A stretch of DNA of 64,000 bases. It comes from Mobula birostris (Eukaryota). Positions 10,368-23,325 of the stretch are shown piece by piece (position 1 is the first letter of the stretch; every line of letters starts with the position of its first letter). The position numbers and the translations under genes are program-made. The stretch lies in NCBI RefSeq assembly GCF_030028105.1, contig NC_092393.1:29985248-30049247 (forward strand), given 5' to 3'. The notes beneath the pieces were generated by a model, which was not told the origin of the DNA, did not search any database, and saw nothing but the letters and a program-made list of their open reading frames with translations.

Positions 10368-13300
10368 GTAAGTGCGTGGTAATTAAATCACTTTCTAATG
10401 GTAGCAGTCTCACTTCTAAATAATTAGGATGTAGGTTCAAATTCCACAAAAGTAGGCCAGTGTTATACAACAGCAGTGCCATCTTACTGAATACTATCTT
10501 TTGAATGATGCTTTCAGACTAGAATCTAATGTGCCTCATCTGTAATTTTAGATGAATACTAAGGATTCCATGAGATTAATTTTTAAAAGAAGATTTAAAA
10601 AATAGTTTCATATAGTTTTGTTGCTTCCACAGAATAAGTGCAGCAGAGCAAGTCCTACACATGAAAAATTAATAGAATGGGGTGTTTGAGAACTTTATTC
10701 AACAATTAATTACTTTGGTCTTCAGCAATAGAAGTTTGTGGATCAGTTAGTATCAGCAGGAAAAAGATTTCACCAGAAATTTTATGATTAAGAGAATAGT
10801 TATCAGTGAAATGTTTTTTCTGTCTTCTGCAGGAATTGGTTCTATTGGTTTAGCTGCTGCCTGCTACAGTACAGGTGAGAAAAATCATGATCTAATCTTA
10901 TATCTGTAACATATTTACAGTTCTTTACAGATTTGAAAACAAGTAGGCATTTGCAATCATACCGAATTAAAGGGAACCTGGAACATAATAGAAACTGCAG
11001 TTAACAGAAATAATTGACAAACATTATGCTTGGAAAGATGAAGCAGGAATGGATTACATGATAACACAATCAATATTATTTTCTGTAGAGGCCTTTTGGA
11101 TGATGATAAAACTGCAGATTAAATGAATGAAGTAAAATGTGAAAATGAATATTGTAGGATTTTATGATGTTATTGGACGTAAATCCACTAATTCAAATAG
11201 AAGCAGCTCCCTTTATGCATGTAGTCCGACCTGTCTAATTTTCTGATGTTTATTGTGCCCAAGTGGTCAATTGCGGCTAGATAGTTAGTTGCCATCAGTC
11301 TGTCTCGAAGGACAATGAGTGATGATCATCAGCATCACAAGCCTGGGTGGGAAATATGGAGATCCTGAGATGCCCAGTCATCAAGATCCCCTTCATGTCC
11401 TCGTGAGTGTAGTCAAAAGGAATGCTCATGAAGCAATACGTTTGGCACCAGCTTGTCTGCAGGAGCTGCCGGAAGGGTGTTCAATTGCATCCAGCCACCT
11501 TAGGGGCTCCACTCCAGATTTCCTGTCTGGGTTTATTCCTGTGGCCTTGGTCTCTCCCGAGGCTGCCCACAAGGCAGTGGAGCTACTTGCCCATAGCTGG
11601 GGATCTGGTTCACGAGCACCAGGACGTGTCCACACACTGGAGGGCCTGCGTGCTACATGTGTAGGGGCCAGACCTCCTCCCCGTCCTCTGTAGTTCAGCC
11701 TGAGTCCGAAAGGTGTTCAGTTTCAATGTGTCTAAGGAGGAGGCAAGACATGAGGCTTTCTGTTGGAGATGGTATGTACTGACAGGGGGAGACTTGCACA
11801 TTCAGCTCTCCTTTTCGCAAGACTGTTAGCCAGTGGTGGAAGTTGAAAATGAGAGTGACAAGCACTACCCACTACACTTCGATTGTCCATCGAAATCCGA
11901 TGACAACGTCCACTCCTTTAACGGTGAGTTCTTTGATGTCAATACAGTCCTATCCTGGACCCATAAGCTCTATTGCAGGTGGGACATGTATATGGTGGCA
12001 ACCATGGCTGCATTTCTCTTGTCTTCTGGTTGTTCTTTCCATCTCCAGAATACGAACTCCGCCCCTACACGGCTGTTGCCAACTGGCACGGCCAGCAGCA
12101 ACATCCTCCAGGTCCTCGGGTCTGATCTTGCACTTCTTTAAAGCATTCTTCATCTGATCCTTAAAGCGCTTCTTCGGCCTTCCAGCTGAGCATCGACCAT
12201 GATGTAGCTGGTCGTATAACACTCTGCAGGGTAGCTGATATGGGGGCATCCTCATCACGTGCCCCAGCCACTGCAGCTAACGCTGGGTGATCATGGCTTC
12301 AATACTCTTGTAGTTGGTCTTTACAAGTATTTCAGTGTGAGGCACCCGCTCACGCCAGGTAATTCCCAGGATGCGCTGGAGGCAGCTTATGTGGAAGTGC
12401 TCCAAGGACTTGATGTGACGGCTGTAGGTTACCCAAGCTTCACAGTTATAAAGGAGGGTGGTGACACAGACCGCTTGGTATACAGTGACCTTTGTGGAGG
12501 GACGAAGGCTCCTGTTCTGAAAGGCTCTACGCCAAAGTCTCCCAAAGGCAGCTGATGCCTGTTTAATGTGGCTCTGGATGTCATTGTCAATGCTGCTATC
12601 CTCAGAGAGAATGCTCCCCAGGTATTTGAAAGATGACACTACTGACTACCACACTAGACGCATCATAACAAACCATTTTGACACCTATGGCTAGATATTA
12701 ACCAAGGAAAAACACAACTTACCTCTATTCTGAAATTGTCAGATTGTTGTGATGGCAAAAGCAGGCGATAAGGTGTTTGTGAAGAGTGTGACATCAAAAT
12801 TTTGTCTGTTGATAAATAAATTGACTACTACTGGGAAAGTGCAGATTTGAACCTTGTTCTTCCCTTACCTTAGTAATCACTGGCAGGATTGAGTTATCTA
12901 ATTATTAACAAGAAATGGGTGGATAACCTAGACTTAGGATAAACTTAGTTACTATGCATTCGTTTCTGTTCCAGACAAACATGCTGAATACAAAATGTAG
13001 CACTGTAAAATATTATTGAATGGAAATCATCTGAACTTAAATGTAAATTACTAAACAAATGCAGTTTTTTTTCATTTTCACTGCCAAATCTTTTGGAGTA
13101 AGTTGCTTATGTTTTGTAGAACTGATTTTTATTCTCTTTTAAACTTGACATTGAAGATGGCACTTTCTGCTGCTGTACTCGGATACCTTTGTATCACACA
13201 GTAAATCAAATAGCTTAACATTCAGTACTTAATGTTTGCACTCCAGCTTCAGTTTAGAAAGGTTTCATTATGTTCTAAAAACTTCTAAGAACGTATGATG

Positions 13301-16300
13301 CTGTTGGGTCACTTGATAGCAAATAATACAAGTTTGTAGCTGCACAGAAGGCAACTGAAAGTATATGCACTTAAAGTTTATGATCTTGGATCAGTTTTCA
13401 ACTCTTGTTTTGCCACTGTGAGTGCAGGAAAAAGGATTGGATGGACAAATGTTTGGACTGGATTTAAGACTGTTAATAGAAAGTTACAAATTAAACCTGC
13501 CCAGTTAAAATATTCAAAAAATTGTTTTGAAGTGAACTGCATTGTGTTTTCACCTGACATTTCATGAACCTTTCACCTTATGGTACACCTTCACTGCACT
13601 TTCTCTGTAACTGTAACATTCTATTCTGCATTCTGTTATTGCTTTCCCTTCTAATAGAAAGATAGATCCCAAAGAAAATTACAGTGTCATGGTAGCATTA
13701 CAAGTGCACAGATATACAAATATTAGAGAAGTAAGATAGAAAATAATTTATTTCAAACAGACTTAACAGGAGGGGGTCATCACTTCCCTGGCTATAGACT
13801 GATTCATTATAGAGCAAATGACATTACATAGAGCTCTTTGGAGCAGCACGATTGTCTTAGTCTATTATTAAAAGTGTTTCTCTGTTCAGCCAAGGTGGCA
13901 TAAAGAGGGTGAGAAACATTTTCCATAATTGCCAGGATTTTCTCCAGGTCCTTTGTTCTACCACAGCCCCCAATGTATCCAGTTTGACTCCTATAACACA
14001 GCCAGTCTTTCTAATCAGTTTATTGAGCCTGTTGGCATCACTTGTGTGATGCTGTGTTAATACGTCCATATACTGATCTTGTGAAATGGTCTGTGCAGAT
14101 GACATGCAAAAGGAAGTTTTTCACTGTAAATGTGACTATAATCCAATTACCAATTAAGAAAATATCTTAAACTTGAAAAAATCTGCAGATACTGGAAATC
14201 GAAAGCAACACACACAAAGTGCTGGAGGAACTGAGCAGGTCAGGCAGCATCTATGGAAGAAGATTTAAACTTCTTCAGGCTAGGCATCCCTTAAGGAGAA
14301 TTCGCAGATGCTGCCTGACCTGCTGAGTTCCTCCAGAATATTGTGCGTGTTGCTTAAGAAAATATCTTGCAATTTGTGTTCTGCTGGACTCCAAGGTAAT
14401 TTGAAATTGCATTAAATGATGCTGTGTTCTGGCTATGTATTTACTACTGTGAAGACAAGATCAAATAAATGTATTTATTTCTTTTTGCAGATAATTGGGC
14501 ATGGAAGTTATTCTACGTCGCAGGGTGCATTTTTGTAGCCATACAAAACTTGGAAGACTGGGAGGTAGGAAAGTACTTGTCTATGTAAGGTTTGTCTTCA
14601 GTATTTATGGTGTTTCTGTAAAGATAATTCATGGTTATGCATTACTTTAATACTACTTGTGAAATGAAGCAATTAATGTGACTGAGTATTTGGTGTTTAT
14701 CAGGGTGTTCGTTGCACTTGGATCTTTCTCTCTAAGTTTTAGATTGCTCCCTCAGAAACCACCGCATTGGCGGGTTCAATTGAACCTTGGCCACAGTTAA
14801 TAGCAGTAAAATGGAAGAATAAATTTCACCAATTTCACTCCACATGTCATTCGTGCTTGTGGTTTCTGTTCTTTAGATATCTTTGAATTCACATCCCTAT
14901 GCAAATACTTGCCAACTAATCTCAAGTTATAATCAGAAAAGTTGAGTTTATTGTACATGGACACACAGATGCAATGAAAAACTGATTTGCAGCAACATCA
15001 CAGGGAAATTGCATCATATAAATAGCGTTCACAGGTAAAACATAAGTTATACAAATTTTTTACAAGAAACACTGTCAAAATAAAAAAGTAAATTTTAGTG
15101 TAGAATGGCCAAGGTGTTCATAGTTCAACACACGCAAGTTAGGTAACAAATATAGAGGGGAATAACCGTCGATGTTTCAGGACAAGGCTTTCACAGGGAT
15201 TGGAAAAGAAGGAGGTAGAAGCCAGACTATTAAGGTGGTAGGGGGAAGAAGTTGCTGGAAATTAAAGAAATTAATGTTCGTCCCATCAAGTTGAAGGCTG
15301 CCCAGACAGAGTACGAGTTGTTGCTCCCCCAGGCTGAGTTTGGCCTCATCATGGCAGTAAAGGAGGTCATGAACAGACATGTCAGAATGGGAAGTTGAAT
15401 TGAAACGGGTAACCATGAGAAAATCCTGCTTCTTACAGCGGACAGAGTGAAAGTTCTTGGCAAAATGGTCACCCAGTCTGTAATGGGTCTCACTGATGTA
15501 AAGCAGGCTGCACTGGATACAATAGATGACACCAATGGACTCACAAGTGAACTGTTGCCTCACTTGGAAGGGCTGTTTAAGGTCCTGAATAGTGGTGAGA
15601 GAGGGGTTTAGGGGCATTTATAGCACTTGTCATGCTTGTAGGGCTAAATGCTAGGAGGGAGATCAATGCGGTGCTAACCTGCAGTAATTAGTGTTTTGCT
15701 GGTTGATTCAAGAACCAAAAGGATGAAGGGGAGTAGCTGTTGTTGAACCAGGTGATATAAGACTTCTGTACTTTCTGTCTGATGGTAGCTGTGAAAAGAT
15801 GGCGGCCCAGATTGTGTGCCAAGTTCATATTCAACAATTGAATTGAGAACTTTTGAATTATTATCTGAGTTTTGGCAAGTGACAAAAATTTAAATGGGGA
15901 AAGCTCTACATTTGCAGTTGTGAATGCGTGCACCATCTGCTGTCTGCTGAGCATCACCTTTTATACTTGATGAATAAAAACTTTGTATGTAGTTTGAATA
16001 TAATGATAACTGGCAAGAAGTAAGAATGCAGGACTTTTGTGTTTTTCTATTTGTTTAATGCTGATACCTCTTCTGCTTTTCAGGAAGTTCTGTTTGACAA
16101 GATTAAAGGAACTGCAATTCTTAAGAACTTTAACCTTTATACGAGGATACTGACCATGTGGTCTAACAGCCAGGAACAAGGTGAGGTGCTAATTATTATC
16201 TCTTCCATCAAATAGCTTTTTGGCCTCAATGAAAAATTCTTTGAACGTGATGACAGAAATCTTAAAGTATATTGAAGTGGTGGAGAAATAACTACTCATT

Positions 16301-17916
16301 TCGTACAGAACAGGAATGATTTATTTTTAGTTCATGTAGGTTGCCAGAGGGCAGCATGGTAGCGCAGTTAGTGCATCGCTTTACCCTATCAGTGACGCAG
16401 GTTCAGTTCCCGCTGTGGTCTCTAAGGATTTTGTGTGAGGATACTGTTAAATTGGGTGTTGATGGGCGGCGTAGCTGAAAGGACTGGAAAGGCCCACCCT
16501 GCCCTGTATCTCAATTAATTAATTAATATTTTAAAATCTGTCTAAAATATTGAGCCAGGGAAAAGGCTAAAACAAAGCTTGGGCCCTTCATGGAAAGACC
16601 AGCATCTTAATGTCAGCCTTTGCAACAGGGCAGAAACAATGCATGTGGCTTCTTCTGTAGATTTCACCTTAATGCAATAACGTGGGCCAGTTTCTCTTTA
16701 CCATGTTCAAGGAGCATTGAGTGGCATCACCGTGTGCTATAATTTTTATGCTAGTTTTGCTTATGCTACTGACTCACAGCAGTCTGTTTATAGTTGTGAC
16801 GCAGATTCAGCATATTCATGATGTGACTGTGGAGGAGGAGAGAATACGCTATTTGGGCAAAGGTTATGTTGTTGTACTGAGATTTTCAGCTGGGTTTTCA
16901 CATCCACTTACCCAAAGTGCAGTGCTGGGTAATCAAAGGTAAACTCTTTGTTTATTGAATCAATTGGATTGTGAAATATATTAATCTAAGTTATATTAAC
17001 TTTATGTTGGAGAACTAGAAAAAGTGTTTATATTGAGGTTTCACACATTTGTGCTGAATTATTACTTAACTTGTATAAGTTCCTGCTAATTAAATTATTT
17101 TTCATATTTTCTATATCAGCATCTCCTGAAGTGCAACTGATGGCCTTACACCAAACGGATAGTCTGGATTCATGATTATCCACACAATTGTGCAGCTGTT
17201 GAAATACCAGCTGAGAAACAGATGAGAGGGAAAATTTAGGAGAGAAGGTAGTTTTAGAAAGTTGTTGTTTTGAATCTTCAAACTGAACATAGGATCCCAG
17301 ATGTCTAGGAGGAAATCATGCTTGTTCTCAGATCAAATAGTGAGCAAAGCACAAGAATGTAATACAGAAAAAAAATATTATTTTTACATTTACCATGAAG
17401 GACAAAACAAGTAGGAACCAGCAAATTAACATATGATAACTTAGCAATGTTATGAAGCGCCTTCTACAGCCACTGTTGATAAGCGAAAGTAAATTAGAAT
17501 CCATAAATTGTGTTTTCTTGTGAGATGAATGCAGAAACCACTGTAAAGTACAGCCTTGAAGACAAATAAAATCTGTACCAGTGATTTTGAAGGACAATCC
17601 ACTTAGTCCCAATTATTTCCTGTCAGTCTGTATTCCAGACAATTTCCCATCATATGCTTACCCAGTTCAGTTTTAAAGGATAGTATTGACTTTATACCTT
17701 CCACGTAAACATCCTATCCACTTGTTGCACCAAAATGCTTTTCCCGAAGTTTGCATTTCTAATTTGTCGTCTTTCTCCTCTTTCCACAGTGATGTGAGGG
17801 CCATAGCGGAACTTATAATCAACTTTCTGAATCTTAACAAACCTGCCTTTGATGAGAAAGCAGAATTGTCTGCAGACAGCAGTGAAAGTACTGGCAGTGA
17901 CAATGAAACAAACTGA
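10280..17916 (+). CDS. CYBC1: Cytochrome b-245 chaperone 1 (EROS, C17orf62), complete, 190 aa; join(10280..10367,10833..10874,14491..14564,16084..16180,16794..16938,17790..17916)
   Basis: Translation MAYMTVEKKTDSILHLTRSPGIRSWSVLVGIGSIGLAAACYSTDNWAWKLFYVAGCIFVAIQNLEDWEEVLFDK...VEEERIRYLGKGYVVVLRFSAGFSHPLTQSAVLGNQSDVRAIAELI is collinear with human CYBC1; 573 nt, phases consistent. Confidence 0.96.
10833..10874 (+). CDS. CYBC1: CYBC1 coding exon 2
   Basis: 42 nt, IGSIGLAAACYST, CAG|GA...G|GTGAGA. Confidence 0.93.
11284..12688 (-). mobile_element. RTE-clade LINE, 5'-truncated (RT C-terminus + 3' region)
   Basis: FKYLGS...IKQASAAFGRL...LLYNCEAW...CLQRILGITW (ORF 12277..12639); TSD GGCTAGATA at 11275-11283 and 12689-12697. 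Confidence 0.85.
13650..14060 (-). mobile_element. Rex1/Babar-like LINE 3' fragment
   Basis: DANRLNKLIRKTG.VIGVKLD.L remnant (ORF 13857..14105). Confidence 0.55.
14169..14353. mobile_element. Penelope-derived mini hairpin insertion
   Basis: Two inverted Penelope ends (AGCAGGTCAGGCAGCATCT / AGATGCTGCCTGACCTGCT); 15-bp TSD TTAAGAAAATATCTT at 14154-14168 and 14354-14368. Confidence 0.8.
14491..14564 (+). CDS. CYBC1: CYBC1 coding exon 3
   Basis: WKLFYVAGCIFVAIQNLEDWE, GT-AG. Confidence 0.95.
15130..15670 (-). mobile_element. Penelope-like 3' fragment (GIY-YIG)
   Basis: FTCESIGVIYCIQCSLLYISET...LGSLQ (ORF 15177..15617). Confidence 0.85.
16084..16180 (+). CDS. CYBC1: CYBC1 coding exon 4
   Basis: EVLFDKIKGTAILKNFNLYTRILT, GT-AG. 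Confidence 0.93.
16348..16520 (+). mobile_element. tRNA-derived SINE
   Basis: GGGCAGCATGGTAGCG A-box-like head, GGTTCAGTTCC B-box, A/T-rich tail. Confidence 0.65.
16794..16938 (+). CDS. CYBC1: CYBC1 coding exon 5
   Basis: DVTVEEERIRYLGKGY...GFSHPLTQSA, GT-AG. Confidence 0.95.
17790..17916 (+). CDS. CYBC1: CYBC1 coding exon 6 (stop)
   Basis: SDVRAIAELIINFL...ETN*; AATAAA at ~18098 and ~19012 downstream. Confidence 0.93.
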
Positions 17917-18274
17917 TGATTAATGGCAGAAAGCGGTTCACGGACATTTCGAACACAACTAAAGTAAACCAAAGGCTTTTAGCGTCTGACAATGTTGTGG
18001 AACATTAAAAGATCATCTATAAATACACCACTTATGAAAGTATTGTGATCAATCAGTGCTCAACACTTAACAATGAGGCAAACTTCTTCCCCAGTGCAAT
18101 AAACTATACTTTTCACATTCCATCATTGAATGCTTGCTAAGACAGTGGGTTGCTTTAAATGTGTACAATAGATTGTGCAAACTGCCAAAAATAATATCCA
18201 TCTAGGAAAATTGGAATGGAGAAATTAATTTTGTATTTATTTTGACTATTCCAGTTCAAAAGAAGTGGTACATT

Positions 18275-18605
18275 GTGAAAATACTGCTCTTGCCTCATAG
18301 CTCCAGAAACCCATGTTCAATCCTGAACTTTGGTGCTGTCCATGTGAATGCTGCTTGTTCTCCCTGTGGTAACTTGGGTTGCCCATGGGTGCTCCAGTTT
18401 CCTTACACATGCTAAAAATGTGCTTATTGGGTCATTAACTAGTTATTGTAAATTACCCTCAGTTTAGGTAGATGGGAAGAGAATGGAGCTGATGGGCATG
18501 AGAGAGAGAGAAAATAGTTTGCTGTGAAATAAGTGGTAGATTGGATTTGATGGGATTATTGAAATTGTCAGCATAGCCCTGATAGGCTGAATGGTCTCCT
18601 GCATC
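18275..18605 (+). mobile_element. Degenerate tRNA-derived SINE in CYBC1 3' region
   Basis: GCCTCATAGCTCCAG...TGTTCAATCCTG head and GGGTGCTCCAGTTTCC body. Confidence 0.55.
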
Positions 18606-19288
18606 AAAAGGAGAGATAATATGTAAATATTCTGCCTACAGCCACTTAAAACTTTTTTCTGGGGTTTCTTATGAAAGATTGTTTATACAATGTGTTGCAA
18701 AAGCATCAATTTTGGATATAGCAACATAATGAGGAATTAGAATAGTTTAGACACCGAGTAGTTTGTGTTGTAAATTGAAATTATTTAGAATGGCTAAATA
18801 GATTTTGCATGAACTCCCTGTTCTGACAGCCCCATTTTATTTTGAGTTTACATTTTTGTCCAGCTATTATTGGAGCTACTACTTAATACTAAACATAGGT
18901 CAAGTTATCATCTATGAAAAGAATATTTCAGCTTAATAATGGTATTTCGGATTTCCTGCATCTGCAGTAATTGCTTGTACAATTCTGAATAATTTGTGTT
19001 CACTATTTTTAAATAAAAATCATTGTGAAAGGATAAATGTTTAGAAATATTTATTGAATATTTAAAGAAATGGATTGCAAAATCTTGGATTAAGTAAAAG
19101 GGAAGGTGAGTGCGGGAGAGGTTGCTGAAGTTCCCAAAATAAAGAATAAGACAAAAAGTTTAGAAAGGGTTCAGAATTTAACTTCAGACAACACGGAGCG
19201 GAAATTGAAGGGAAGGGTGGTGAATTCAGGACTCAGTGTGTTAACTTGAATAAACAAGAGATACAAAATAGGGTAGATGATCTAGTAG

Positions 19289-22200
19289 ATCAAAATAAGG
19301 TAGTTGATTAGATTGGAAGAAGTGTACAGACGCAGTAGCTCGTCATTGTGCAAGGCAGCTGAGATTTAAAACGCGAGGAGTTTCTTTCAGTGGGAGATTT
19401 GATTAGGAGAAGTGCGCAGACGCAGTAGTTCGTCAATGCGCAAGGCTGCTAAGAAGATTCCCGGAAAAAAGGGAGACGCTGCCCAGCAGAGCGGTGTTCG
19501 AGGAAGTGATCATCGGAGCAGCACGAGTCAGAGTTGTTGGGCTTTGACTCATCTGGACTTCGGCAAGGACTGGCCTAGGTGAGGTAAGTTATTTTCATTT
19601 CTCTTTTTTTCTCTAACTTAAGATTAGTGGGTACGACTATAAGGCCAGTTTTCTGCTCTGGGGATCAGATGTGGGATATCCGTGAGACTTCCAGCCTCCC
19701 TGATGGGCCACATCAGTGCCAGGTGTATCGAGCTGCAGCTCCTTAGAGACTGGTGAGGGAACTGGAGCTGCAGCTTGATGACCTTCAACTTATCAGGGAA
19801 AGTGTGGAGGTGATCAATAGGAGCTACAAGCAGGTAGTCGCACTGATAAGTAGGTCACTATCAGGAGAAGGAAGGGAGAGTGTCAGGTAGAAGAGAGCAC
19901 CCCGTGACCGTCCCGCTTAATAATAAGTACTCTATCTTGAGTACTGTGGGGGGGGGGGGGGCGGGGGGGAAATTACTTGAGGGAAGCAACAGTGGCCGTG
20001 CCTTTGGCACTGAGTCTGGCCTCTGTGACTCAAAAGGGTAGGGAACCAAAGAAGGTGGCAGCAGTAACAGGGGATTCTATAGTTAGGGGGACAGATAGGT
20101 GAACAAGGAACACGGATGGTAACTTGCCTCCCAGGTGCCAGGGATCATGATGTTTCTGAGCGTGTTCACAATATCCTGAAATGGGAGGGTGAGCAGCCAG
20201 AGATCGTGGTACATACTGGTACAAATGACGTAGATAGAAAAAGAGAGGAGGTCCTGAAAGTAGAATGCAGGGAGTTTAGAAGTGAGTTGAGAAGCAGGAC
20301 CTCGAGGGTAGTAATCTCGTGATTGCTGCTTCTGCCACACGACAGTGAGTATAGGAATAGTATGAGGTGGCGGATAAACGCGTGACTGCAGGATTGGAGC
20401 AGGGGGCAAGAATTCAGATTTTTGGATCATTGGAACCTCTTTTGGGACAGGTGTGACCCCTATACAGAAAGGGTGGGTTGCATTTGAATCCAACGGGGAC
20501 CAATATCCTGGTGGGGAGGTTTGCTAATGCTATTGGGGAGGGTTTAAACTAGATTGACAGGGAACCAAAGTAAAGAGGCAGAGGAAGGGGCCGTTGGCGC
20601 ACAAGTAGAGACAGCTTGTAGGGAGTTTGTGAGGAACGACAGGCAGATGATGGAGCAAAGATGCACTCAGCCTGATGGTTTGAGATGTGTCTATTTTAAT
20701 GCAAGGAGTATCATCAACAAGGCGGATGAATTTAGATCGTGGATCAATACGTGGAATGTGATATTCTGGTCATTACAGAGACTTGGATGCCTCAGGGGCA
20801 GGAATGGCTGCTGAGTGTGCCAGGCTTTAGATGTTTCAAAAAGGACAAGGAGGGAGGCAAGAGATGGGTGCGTGGCATTGCTAACCAAGGATAGTGTCAC
20901 GGCTGCAGAAAGGGAGGTAGTCATGGAGGGATTATTTACTGTCAGTGTGGGTAGAAGTCTGGAACAGGAAGGGGACAATAACTCTTACTGGGTGTTTTTT
21001 TTTATAGACCCTCCCCAATAGTAACAGGGACATTGAGGAGCAGAAAGGAGGGCAGAGGGCAGGAATAGTGCAATAACAATAGGGTTGTTGTGGTGGGAGA
21101 TTTTAACTTGCCTAATACTGACTGGCATCTCCTTAGAGCAAGGGGTATAGATGAAGTGGAGTTTGTTATGAGTATTCAGGAAAGTTTCCTGATGCAATAT
21201 GTAGAGAAGCCAACTAAAGGAGAGGCTGTACTTGTTCTGGTATTGGGAAATGAACCTGGTCAGGTGTCAGATCTCTCAGTGGGAGAGCGTTTTGGAGGTA
21301 GTGATCATAACTCTATCTCCTTTACCATAGTGCTGAAGAAGGATAGGAGCAGATTTGGGAAAACATTTAATTGGGGTAGGGGGAAATATAATGCTATTAG
21401 GTAGGAACTTGGGAGCAGATATTCTCAGGGAAATTCAGGGAACATTTGTATGGTGTACTGCATAGGTATGTTCCATTGAGGCAGGGAAAGGATGGTAGGG
21501 TAAAAGAACCATGGTGCACAAACAGTGTGGAAAATCTAAGAAGAAAAGCAAGTTTACAAAAGATTCAAGAAACTAGTGTAATGCCCTGGTTCATACTTTT
21601 ACTGTTAGGCTGTATGCATTTCATTTGTGCTGTATGTATTTGGCAGTTCTGTAAGAGAAGCTTGTTTTTAGATTGCTCGGGTTATAGTTGAAGATGAGAG
21701 ATGAAGAGAAATGTGTGTGTTCCAATTAGGATGGTGAAATTAAGGGGAGATTTCTCTGGTGAGGGACACTAAGGTTGGTCTTGGGCTTTTGTTCGTCGGG
21801 AGACCCGTTCATCCGAGATGGATTGTGAGTGATGTATGGAAAGTGCTGTGGGCGATCATGTTGACCGAGGACCCAGTGCGTGAGTGATATGGAAGTTCAA
21901 GATGAGCTTCCAACTTGTGCACATCTGACTGTTTTAATTAGAATGGGCTCTTTCTTTTTGTTATTCTTTACTAACCCTTCAGTTAAGATTCATAAATATA
22001 ATTCCTTTAATCGTATGCAGTGTATTCTCTGTTATTTTATGGCACTAATTTGTAACAGGGGAGCGAATTACACAACATCCACACAAACCGGGGCTTGGGG
22101 AGGCAGCGTGCCTCAATCTTACAAGTTTGGCGGGATTGGAGGTTGTCTTCCCTAGACCTACGCAGCCGAGGAAACCAGGGTGTTTTCACTAGGTACTGAT

Positions 22201-23317
22201 AGAGTTCTAGAAAATTACAAGGTTGCCAGGAAGGACCTTAAGAATGAAATTAGGAGAGCTAGAAGGGGCCATGAGAAGACCTTGACAAGCAGGATCAAGG
22301 AAAACCCCAAGACTTTCTACAAGTATGTGAAGAGCAAAAGGATGAGCTGTGTGAGTATAGGACCAATCAGGTGCGATAGTGGAAATGACCTGGATAAGGA
22401 AGTAGAAGGTTGAGTTAGTAAGTTTGCTGATGACACAGAAGTTGGGAGCTGTTGTGAATAGTCTGGAGGGTAGTCAGAGGTTACAGCAGGACATTGATGG
22501 GATGCAGAGCTGGGCTGAGAAGTGGCATATGGAGTTCAACCCAGATAAGTGTGAAGTGGTTCATTTTGATAGGTCAAACTTTGAGAGAATATTAATGATA
22601 AGAATCTTGGCAAGGTGGAGGATGAGAGAAATCTTAGGGTCTATGTCCATAGGACATTCAAAACTGCTGCACAGGTTGACAGTGTTGTCAAGAAGGCATA
22701 TGGTGTGTTGACCTTCTTCAACCATGAGATTGAGTTCAAGAGCCATGAGGTAATGCGACAGCTATACAAGACCTTGGTTAGAACTCACTTGGAGTACTGT
22801 GTTCAGTTCTGATCACCTCACTACAGGAAGGATGTGGATACTATAGAGAGAGTGCAGAGGAAACTTACAAGGATGATGCTTGGACTGCAGAGCATGTCTT
22901 TTGAGAATAGGTTGATTGAACTTGACCTTTTCTCCTTGGAGCAATGGAGGATGAGAGGTGACTTGATAAGAGGTGTATAAGATGATGAGAAGTATTTATT
23001 GTGTGGATAGGCAGAGGCTTTTTCCCTGGTCTGAAATGGTTAACATGAAGGGGCCTAGTTTTGAGGTACTTGGAAGTAGGTATAGGGGGGATGTCAGGGC
23101 TAAGATTTTCCACAGTGTGGTGGGTGTGTGGAATGCACTGCTGGCAATGGTTGTGGAGGCAGATACAATAGGATCTTTTAAGAGACTCTTAGATAGGTAC
23201 ATGGAGCTTAGTAAAAGAGGGCTATGCGGTTTCTACTGGGCAATATCTAGAGTAGGTTACATGGTCGGTACAACATTGTGGGCCAAAAGGCCTGTAATGT
23301 GCTGTAGATTTCTATGT
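19289..23317 (+). mobile_element. CR1 LINE retaining 5'UTR, ORF1 (zinc finger + SGNH esterase) and ORF2 endonuclease, with an internal RT deletion
   Basis: ORF1 CLPGAR..DVSERV...VVHTGTND; APE CVYFNARSIINKADE and GDFN; jump from GPIRCDSG to NDLDKEVEG...KFADDT at ~22385; CR1 TTCTATGTTCT tail; TSD TCTAGTAG at 19281-19288 and 23318-23325. Confidence 0.88.
21577..22188 (+). mobile_element. Solo LTR (Gypsy-type) inserted in CR1
   Basis: TG...CA ends with short inverted termini (TGTAATGCCCTGGTT / AACCAGGGTGTTTTCA) and perfect 4-bp TSD CTAG; orientation uncertain. Confidence 0.8.
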
Positions 23318-23325
23318 TCTAGTAG

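Noticed and set aside
16348-16420. tRNA genes here and at ~62947, ~24770, ~6600
   Set aside because: A/B-box heads run into SINE bodies and do not form a cloverleaf
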